NCBI GenBank assembly: GCA_951813565.1
Contig: OX638351.1
Location: 4,480,001-4,544,000, forward strand
DNA length: 64,000 nt
From: an uncultured Poribacteria bacterium
GTDB taxonomy: Bacteria > Poribacteria > WGA-4E > WGA-3G
Direction: 5' to 3'
In this document: one piece after another, positions 10,688-19,900 of the stretch
How the letters are laid out: each line of letters starts with the position of its first letter
How positions within the stretch are numbered: position 1 is the stretch's first letter
The notes under the pieces: model-generated
The model's database searches: none
Told to the model about the DNA's origin: nothing
Seen by the model: only the letters and a program-made list of their open reading frames with translations
Made by a program: the position numbers and the translations under genes

Positions 10688-11155
10688 ATGATTCAAAAGA
10701 TTGAGGAACAAGACGGATACATGTTGCTCTATTTTGGAGAACCTCCAAAAAATGTAGGGCAAATCAAGTTCGTCAATTGTCTTGCCTATCAACAAAATCA
10801 GATACTCTTTTGCAAATGGCGTGATGAAGACATTTGGGTCTTGCCCGGTGGACGCATTGAATCCGAAGAAACAACTGAACAAGCGTTACACCGTGAACTT
10901 ATGGAGGAGACAGGCGCAACGTTGAAAAATTTTGAAGTCTTGTGTCATCTCCACTGCTTTATGTTCAATCTCGAATATTGGGGAATTGCTTATATGGGAG
11001 AAATCAAAAAGTTGGGTAGTCCATTGGATATAGACGAAGTCAGTGAAGCGAAACTGTTTTCGCACTTTCCAGAAAATCAGCCTAAGCCAGGACCGTTTGA
11101 TAACCAAAGCAAAGCATTATATCTTGCTGCGATGCATAAGTTATCACGCTATTGA
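10688..11155 (+). CDS. NUDIX hydrolase
   Basis: Nudix box PGGRIESEETTEQALHRELMEETG. Confidence 0.9.
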   Translation: MIQKIEEQDGYMLLYFGEPPKNVGQIKFVNCLAYQQNQILFCKWRDEDIWVLPGGRIESEETTEQALHRELMEETGATLKNFEVLCHLHCFMFNLEYWGIAYMGEIKKLGSPLDIDEVSEAKLFSHFPENQPKPGPFDNQSKALYLAAMHKLSRY

Positions 11156-11299
11156 AGCCTCAAATGCATCCGAAAATGAGTAACAGCACAAAAACAGAAA
11201 GAAGCATAGACATAACTGCTTTAGTAGAGTAGTTTGATTTGCTGACACAAAATGTGAAGAATCACTTGAAAACTGACGACTAACCATATTAGGAATACA

Positions 11300-12118
11300 A
11301 TGGCATTTGAATTTCAGGATTATATGGTCAACGAGTATCTCTCGCAAGGCTACCTAATTTTTCGAGGGGTTGTGCCGCCATCGCTGCTCACAGATTTACG
11401 CAAGGAAGCAGAGAAAGCGCGACATTTAGCACACAAACTCAATGGACCACAGACACAGCGGATTCAACCTTTGTCAAACTATGGTGACGATTTGGATTTG
11501 AAACCGTTTTATGACTACACAGAACTGCCAGAACTGCGAGATGCTGTTCAGAAATTGCTTGGAGATGATTATTCGCATGGGCATGTTGACATTATGGGAT
11601 TACTTGTCGAACCCCTTGAGCATCCTTGGCATATCGGTTGGCATCGTGATGGCGTGGTTGAAGTGCCACCTGAAGCACGTGATGAAACTGTGAACGCAAA
11701 ACTCGCAGAAGTCTGGCACGACTTACGTCATTTCAATCAGGTCAACTGTGCGATTTATGCGGATTCTTGCACATGGTTTGTTCCAGGCAGCCATCTTCGG
11801 CAATGGGACATGCCGGGCGAAGAACAGACAACTGGCAATCCTGCGTTGCGTAAACCTGCTGATGGACAGTCCAATGTTGAGGCAGAACGACTCTACTTAG
11901 AACATTGTCAGCGGTTTCCAGGTGCAGTTCAAGTGCATCTGGGACCGGGAGATTTCATGATTTATCGGAATCTTGCATGGCATACTGGAAATTATCTTAC
12001 TTATCAACCGCGTGCTACAATTCATGATGTTGTACGGTATGAAGGTAAAAAAGATTGGCTTGATTGGCAACAAACAAAACTTGATGCTGTTAAACGTTGG
12101 AAAGAGAAAGAATCATAG
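11300..12118 (+). CDS. Phytanoyl-CoA dioxygenase family protein
   Basis: GYLIFRG, WHRD, FVPGSH, PGD....N.AWHTG. Confidence 0.85.
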   Translation: MAFEFQDYMVNEYLSQGYLIFRGVVPPSLLTDLRKEAEKARHLAHKLNGPQTQRIQPLSNYGDDLDLKPFYDYTELPELRDAVQKLLGDDYSHGHVDIMGLLVEPLEHPWHIGWHRDGVVEVPPEARDETVNAKLAEVWHDLRHFNQVNCAIYADSCTWFVPGSHLRQWDMPGEEQTTGNPALRKPADGQSNVEAERLYLEHCQRFPGAVQVHLGPGDFMIYRNLAWHTGNYLTYQPRATIHDVVRYEGKKDWLDWQQTKLDAVKRWKEKES

Positions 12119-12162
12119 CACAATTAAGTTTACCCATAAACAATCAACAAAGGAAAAGAATC

Positions 12163-12255
12163 ATGCCAAAAGGTATTTTAATAATAGGATTGTTCATCAT
12201 ATTTGTTACAGGGGCATTACTATCGTTGATACTTCTTGTTAGGTCAAAAGAATAA
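12163..12255 (+). CDS. Small 30-aa single-TM membrane peptide (MPKGILIIGLFIIFVTGALLSLILLVRSKE)
   Basis: Hand translation; aagga RBS upstream; one hydrophobic helix; below ORF-track cutoff. Confidence 0.5.
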   Translation: MPKGILIIGLFIIFVTGALLSLILLVRSKE

Positions 12256-12280
12256 CAACAATAAAAGGAGAATGAAAGTA

Positions 12281-12373
12281 ATGGCTATCAGTTTTGTTGG
12301 ACTTGCAGTTGGCATATTCCTCGTTGGTGCTGTACTCGCAGTGATAGTAATTGTCACGAAAAACAAGAATTGA
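12281..12373 (+). CDS. Small 30-aa single-TM membrane peptide (MAISFVGLAVGIFLVGAVLAVIVIVTKNKN)
   Basis: Hand translation; aaggag RBS at 12265-12270; hydrophobic helix with basic tail. Confidence 0.55.
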   Translation: MAISFVGLAVGIFLVGAVLAVIVIVTKNKN

Positions 12374-12446
12374 GGATATCAATTTGCTTTTTTGTTTGCA
12401 ATCATTAAATGAAGATGAGTGATTCGTTTTGAAGGAGAAAAGAAGG

Positions 12447-13283
12447 ATGGAGCAGAAATTCACAATAGAACACCCAGGAAAAGTAATAAATCACACGTTT
12501 CCACCGACCCGTCCCGATATAAAGATAGTTGAAAGTTCTGACCGTATAACTGAAGTTGATTGTCAAGAACTACAGTGGTGGTTTGCTATCCCAAAGATGG
12601 GTGAACGTTATATGTGGGCAGAATACGATGGCGAAACACAAAAGTTAGACGCTGTAACAGAGATGATTCCGACTGCTCCTGCAACTATTCGAGACATTGA
12701 CTGTGTTGAAATCCAATTCAATGAGTGGCTTGCAAAAGACTGGCCAGTTTCTCCTGATTTGATGTATGTTGCAATTGATGAAACTCATACAAAGTGGGTC
12801 TCAGTTGTAAATACAATTGATGGGAGACGTATTTTCAATACAATCGGAGACGAATGGTTTGAAGACCAATGGGGTGGACCTTGCAAACGCCGTATTGTTG
12901 ATGATGGTCGCTACCAATTGCAACCCGATGGATCCTACAAACTTACGGACGGTCAGGGATTCGGAGCAGGAACGTATGATGTGACAATTGGTGAAAGGAC
13001 CTTCCACTGTCTCAGGGTTTTAGATGCTGATATTACCGATGAGCACGGAGGAGAGCTTGCTGAAGCTTATATTGAAGAAGAAACCGGACGCACGGTCTTC
13101 TTTAGACGTTATGACGGCCGGTATCTACGTGGTGATCTGCTTAAAAAGTTTCCTAACAATCGTCGTATTGTGATAGATGACATCACCTATATACATAGCA
13201 ACTGCACGGGTTGGTTTCACGATACATTTACATTGGCATCTCTTGGTCAAACACTAAACTCAGCTGGTGAAAGCGAGAAGTGA
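12447..13283 (+). CDS. Hypothetical protein (possibly related to C-terminal extensions of some ECF sigma factors)
   Basis: Long ORF with aaggag RBS; family assignment from memory only. Confidence 0.6.
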   Translation: MEQKFTIEHPGKVINHTFPPTRPDIKIVESSDRITEVDCQELQWWFAIPKMGERYMWAEYDGETQKLDAVTEMIPTAPATIRDIDCVEIQFNEWLAKDWPVSPDLMYVAIDETHTKWVSVVNTIDGRRIFNTIGDEWFEDQWGGPCKRRIVDDGRYQLQPDGSYKLTDGQGFGAGTYDVTIGERTFHCLRVLDADITDEHGGELAEAYIEEETGRTVFFRRYDGRYLRGDLLKKFPNNRRIVIDDITYIHSNCTGWFHDTFTLASLGQTLNSAGESEK

Positions 13284-13383
13284 CACCCAAAAACACAATT
13301 CACTATCTTTTATCACGGAGATGTCAAAGTTTTTGAACTTTAATTAGGAGTTCAATAATGGGAGCGATTACAAAACCATTCAA

Positions 13384-13735
13384 TAGGTGTCAATTTAAGA
13401 AATTATTCTGTTTTGTGGATGTATTAGCCCCAGAGGGGCGAAATGTGTATAATGCTATATGTCTTCCCACCAATGCCTTATGCACATTTGGTGTTGATTC
13501 ACGGGACTAAAGATGAATGGGTGGGTGGACAAAGTCTTCCCACAAGAATTTATACTAGAGCGTATCTCATAAATCTTATGTAGGGCGAGGTCCCTGTGCC
13601 TCGCCATCTCTCAAAAGTGCAAACAACGGGCGGGCACAGGGACCCGCCCCTACAATAGAAGTGCGTGTTAGAAAAAACAGAGCGAAATCTAACAAAATTA
13701 TATTTATGAGATACGCTCTACTAAATTGACGCCGA
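13384..13735. mobile_element. MITE-like element with GGTGTCAA(C/T)TTAAG-type ends, containing nested element
   Basis: taggtgtcaatttaag at 13384 and ctaaattgacgcc at 13721; same end family at 39833, 40224 and 52455-53170. Confidence 0.5.
13556..13720. mobile_element. MITE with perfect 19-bp terminal inverted repeats enclosing a GTAG REP-like doublet
   Basis: tagagcgtatctcataaat (13556-13574) / atttatgagatacgctcta (13702-13720); internal gtagggcgaggtccctgtgcctcgcc ... gggcgggcacagggacccgcccctac. Confidence 0.7.
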
Positions 13736-13903
13736 TGTGCGGTTAGGAAACCGCACCTACCTGTGTGTGTTAAGTTCGCTGAGATGGTGAATTCTATTCA
13801 AAATTTGCTACAAATTGAACTCACGTAAAAATTTAGTCTAAGTAAACCATTGAAGAATCCGAGTCATTTTTAGAAAATTATTTATCCTCAAGGAGGGCTT
13901 CCG

Positions 13904-16900
13904 ATGTTTGGACGTGAAAAATGCTTAATTGCTTTATGTGTGTTATATCTACTGTTTTCAACCCTACTTCTTTCTCCCATCATTCTCGCGCAAGATGAAA
14001 CGAGCGATGCTAAAATCATTGAACGTTACAAGTTAATGCTCAACCAAAAGCCGAAAGAAGGCAGCACATTTGATCGGCTTTATCAATTTTATCTTGAAGG
14101 TGACGGTTTAGAGAAAATGGTCGCAGATTATCAAGCAGAAACACAAGCCAAACCTAACGACCCAAACATTCAACTTATTTTGGGGCATATTTATAAAAGA
14201 CTTGGTAAGGATAAGGAAGCACTTGCAGCATATCAACGCACAGTAGCACTTGCACCTAACAATTACTACGCCTATTTTGCACTCGGGCAGCTACACGTGA
14301 CGCTACGCCAACATGAGGACGCAATTCGTGAGTTAACCAAAGCAGTAACCCTATCGGAACAGTTACAATCTGTATCTCCTGAAGAGTTAACAGAAATTTA
14401 CAAGGCACTCGGACATGCCTATTTTAGTCGAGATAAGTTAGACGATGCGATTCAGGTATGGAAAAAAATCTCTGAACTTGATCCGCAGAACGTATTTGCC
14501 CGCATTGAACTCGCCGACCTATTCCGAGAAAAAGAACTCTATCCGCAAGCAATCGCACAACACCAAGCCATCATTGATATTAAAAAAGACGATCCGTATC
14601 GTAGGTGTCTCAGTCTACGGGAAATCGGTAAAATACATGAAGATACAGGTGACTATGAAAAGGCGCGTGAGCATTACGATAGGGCGTTGGACCTAACTGC
14701 CACCGGCAATTGGCTTAGAAAAGACCTGCAACATAGGATTATCGCAATTTATTCGGCAGATGCAAATTGGACAGACCTAATTACATATTATCAAGGTAAA
14801 CTTGAAGCAAACCCGAATGACCCTGAATTGCTCGGTTTACTTGCCGCAACATATATTGAAAATCAGCAGCTTGAGGAAGGAACAGACACATATAGGAAAG
14901 GGTTAGAACTTGCACCAACAGACTCTGGTCTCCGCCTAAATCTTATAACTGCTCTCCGGAACGCTGAAAAGTTTGAAGAGGCTGCAGCCGAATACGAATC
15001 ACTTAGCGAACAACAACCTGATGACTTCGGCATCTACCGAGAACTTGGTAAATTATATCTGGAGCTTGAAAATGAAGACAAGGCAAAGGCAGTATATCAA
15101 CGAATGATTGACCGAGATCCGCAAAATGCCAGCACGCACCTTACACTTGCTGAAATTTATACTGGACACGAATGGATGGAAAATGCAGCTGCTGCGTATC
15201 AGCAGGCGATCTCGCTTGCCCCTCAAAATCTTGACTACATTGAATATTTTGGAGAGTTCTATTTCCGTCAAGCCAACCGTGACAAGGCAATTGAGACGTG
15301 GAACCAGATGGTTGCAGATGACAAGAGTACTGCCGAGAATTATGACCGTTTAGCACGGTTGTTAGAAGCAAAAAAGTTTCCCACCGAAGCAATTGATGCA
15401 AGCAAAAAAGCGGTAGAACTAATGCCCGATGCTTACCGTTTTCGTGAGGCTTTAGCAAAACGCCTACTGAGCAACAAGCAATACGATGATGCACTTTTAG
15501 AATATAATGAAGCAATTAAACTTGCCCCCAATGATTTTTTTGCAGAACAGATGGACGATCAGCGAATTGAACTTTATCGGCAGCAAGGGACGCTCGTTGA
15601 AAAAATTGAAGACGCAGAAGCACAACTTGAAAAACCCGGACTCGCAGATACCGATAAATTCACACAACTGAAGCGACTCGCGAAAATGTACCTAAAGTTG
15701 AGCAATAATACTTATGCCCTTGAAATCCTTTTGAAAGCCAAAGAACTTCAACCTAATGATATAAGTGTTAATCGTCAGACAGCAAATCTCTACGTCAAAC
15801 AAGGTAGACGTGATGAAGCGATTGCAATTTACACGTACTTAACTGAGATTGATAGCACTAATGCGCGTGAATACCATGCGAATATCGCAAACGCATATTT
15901 AAAAGGAATGGACTTTGAGGCTGCCACAAATGCAGCGAAACAGGTAGTCGCCCATAGCCCACGGAACCCAGAGGGACATCAACTGCTCGCTGAAATCGCC
16001 AAACAGTCTGCCAATTATGAAGCGGCAATTGACAGCTATAAGCAAGCAATTCGACTACGACCTGAAGCAATTGATATCCGAACAGAACTTGCTGCGCTTT
16101 ACAACAGTTCAGGCAACTCCCGACAAGCAATCGCACAGTACTGGAGATGTTGGGAGTTAAGCGATAATATTAGCGACAAACTCAGTTTTATTAAACCTCT
16201 TTCCGAAGCATATTACGATTTAGGTAGAAGCGGAGAACTTGAAGAAAAACTGAAGCAGATGGCAAAATCTAATACATCCGGTGTAGGACCGGTTTTAGCA
16301 TTGGGACAAGTCTATCGGATTGAAGGTGATCTTTCAAACGCACGATTCCAACTTGCGAGCGCATTAGACCGCCAACGCGAAAACGCGGAACTTTTATCAC
16401 AACTTGTTGATATAAGTCTGGACCTTGGCGATTTCCAGGAAGCACTTACTTATCAACAACGTCTCGTCAAAGCAAATCCCGATCCTACACATCAGCAAAA
16501 ACTCGGTGAACTTCTGTTTGATGTCGGGCGCGAGCAAGAAGCCATCCAAGCATGGTCTAAAGTACTTCACGCCAAAAATCAGACCCTTGAAGCTGAAGTC
16601 AAACTCGCCAAATTGTTGATTCGACATGGTTTGTTAGAAGAAGCACTTTTTGCCTTGGACAGCGCAGCAGAAAAAATTTCGGGCAAAGACGCACATCTCG
16701 CGCTATACCAAATCGGTGCTACACTTGTTGAAATAAACGAGGCGGAAAGAGCAATGCCCCACTTTCAGCGGATCTTAGCAATGCCCGAACCTGGCTCTGA
16801 TACTACCTTGACTGCCACCACTAATAACACAACGACAAGTGTGCGATCCGCCATCTACCGTCCGCCTGGAGTCAATACAAATAAACTCACCCTTCCACAA

Positions 16901-19900
16901 AATATACTAAATCGTATCCAAAGGCAGCCGTACGGATACACAACAGCACAAGCATGGAGTCCCAGTAGTTTTGAAGAGGCTCAGGCTGGTGCACTTGTGC
17001 AGTTAAAAATATTTATGGAAGAGGAAGGGAAATTAAACGAACTTGTTGAACAATTTGAGAAAAATGCTAATGACAATCCAAAAGACGTACAGACACTTGA
17101 ACAATTAGCACAACTTTACGTTTTGACTGGAAAACGTGAGAAGTCCGAACAAATTACCGAAAGGTTAATCGCTGTATCTCCAAACAATCCAGCGTATCAA
17201 GGTATGCAGATGAATCTGCTCCAAACGCAGGAAAAGCTTAATTATGACACATTAATGGAACAACTTGAAGAATTGGCTTGGTTGGCGCCAGAAGCACGAC
17301 AATGGTATATGGCAGACTTCGCCAGAAGATTTAACAATCAAGGGCAGAAAGAAGATGCTGGAAAACTTTTAGATGATCTTGCGAAAATAAAAGTAATCAC
17401 TCCGAATATATTTTCCATGTTAGTAGAAACTTTTGTACAGATGGGAAGGACAGACGAAGCGGAGAAAATGATTGCACAATTTTCGGCTACAGCCACACCA
17501 CAATTGTCCCAACAGTATTCTCGCATCTATCAAACACTGGCTGCTACCTATCTTCGTGGTGGAAATATTGACAAAGCAATTGCCCTCTATTGGCAATATT
17601 TTGAACGCACAAAACCGAGAATTACAAATCCGCGCCGCACGCAGGCACTCGGAAGATCCAACTACTCTTTTGGAGGATATGCCGCTATTCAATCAAATTT
17701 TCCCGCACCTACAACCTACTACAGCCAGAATAGGCTGGAGTTTCTGCAGCAAATTTTCAATCAGTTGTGGGTAAATAATCAGCAACAAGCATTATATACT
17801 ATCTTACAAGCGAAGTTAGAAGCGGCTGAAGGTAGAGACAGAATTTATCCCGCGTTAGCGATGTGCTATTGCTATTGGTGGGAAAATAAACGCGATACAG
17901 CATTGGGAATCCTTGCTGGTTTACAAAAGGAATTCTCCGATGATCTTACGCTTAAACTTAATACTGTTTTGGTCTCTATTCAGGCAGGTGAACATAAGAC
18001 AGCATTAGAACTCCTGGAAAATCTCGCTGATGCAGATCCCAGAAACCGCCGTCAATATTACGACCTGACGTTACAGGTCGCAGTCCATGTAGGTGATACG
18101 CTCATTGTCCGTGACTTGATCACAAAAGTTCTAAATTCTCCGAGTAGTGTCCGCGAACTTTTTCGGTTTTCACAGAAACTCCAGCAGAACGGTCTCACAC
18201 AGTACGCTATTGCTGTTGCCAAAAAAACAATGACTTTAGCGATGAGAGAACGTGACGCGAACCTCCTCGTACAATTAAGCGAACATCTGGCACAACTCGG
18301 TCGGGGACAAGATGCAGCACGTATAGCTGCACGCGCCATACATTTCGCCAACCAACGCGACCGTTACGGGCGAACATTGTACCCCTGGCAATTTCAACAA
18401 GCAGCACGTCTCGCCAGTCGTTCCATGTCTGGCGGCAACCGAGCAGCAAAATTAATTGAAGCAGCAGAAAAAAATCCAAACTCATTCCAAACCCAAATAA
18501 GATTAGCATCGTTCTACGAAGGTAGAAATCAAATCAATAAGGCTTCAGAAGCTTTTGAGGCAGCGCTTGCACTGCGTCCGAAAGACTATACAACGCGAAT
18601 GCGATACGCACAGATGCTGCAACGGAATAGACAATCAAAAAAGGCTGTAACCCAATATAGCATTCTTCTAAAAGAGAAAAACAATATTAACGCAGTATAT
18701 TCTAACTATTGGGAAGTAGTCCGAACTTTTATTCAAGCGCGGGAAGTAGATAAATTGGTTACACTTGCAAAGGAACTAATAGACCTTGATACCCAATATT
18801 CCAGAGGCAATGATTTCGCAAGGCAGGCTGCAGAGGAATGCATCAGAAACAAAAACTATAAAGCTGCAATTCAAATATATGAAAAATTCATAGAATCCGA
18901 CAAAACAAATATGTACCTCCAATTAGCTGATGCCTATACGTCTGCTGGTGAACGTGATAAAGCAATTCAGCTTTTGAGGCAGAAGCTGCAAACTGTGACC
19001 CCCGATGCGCAAGTTAGCATCATTTTAAAACTCTCAAAGTTTGATGAAACAGAGGAAGAGATAAAAGCGCTTGCAGCGAAATACGATGGGAAGATAAGCA
19101 ATGAAAAAATTGATCCGCCATCACTTTACCTCGCCGCTATTGCGAAAATTGTAACGAACGACTTAGAAGGTTCAGATGCAATTGTCGAAAAACTTCTTGA
19201 ACATGCTCCTTTATCATTAAGACAGCGATGGCTAAATACTGTAGCTGATACATATAAAGCAGAAGGGGACATTGACCGAGAAATTCGCACACTTGAAGCC
19301 ACAATTCAGAATATAGATCTACAGAATTACTGGCAACTTTCAGATACCTATAGAAAACTCGGAACAGCATATTCCCAAAAAGGCGAAAAAGAGAAGGCGC
19401 AGAATGCTATACTAAAAATGGGGACACTTCGACTTATGATGCGGCGTGGTGCACCACAATATTATGAAAAAGAGAACGTTGCACAAACATATATTAAACA
19501 CGAATTGTGGGACGAAGCAGAAATCCTGTTAACCGAAGTAATCAATGATCTTGCAGCACAACAATATTATAAAGAACGCGCACAAGAACAATTGATGACA
19601 ATCAAACAGAGACGGGATGGCGTTGCAGGCAATCAGCTGTCAACACCTAAAACAGCAGGAATGAACATTGGGGTGCAGCGATCAATCGCACAACAACACA
19701 TGCGCCGTAATCAAATCTCTGAAGCCATAGAAATTTACGAGCAGATCGCGAAAGCGATGCCAATAGACCTCGAATCTCGCGCGCAACTTGCCGGCCTCTA
19801 TTCGCGCCAAAATCAACATGAAAAGGCACTTAAAACTTGGCAAGGCTTACTTGAAGCTGATCCTGAAAATACAAGATACCAAGATGGAATTATAAAGGCA

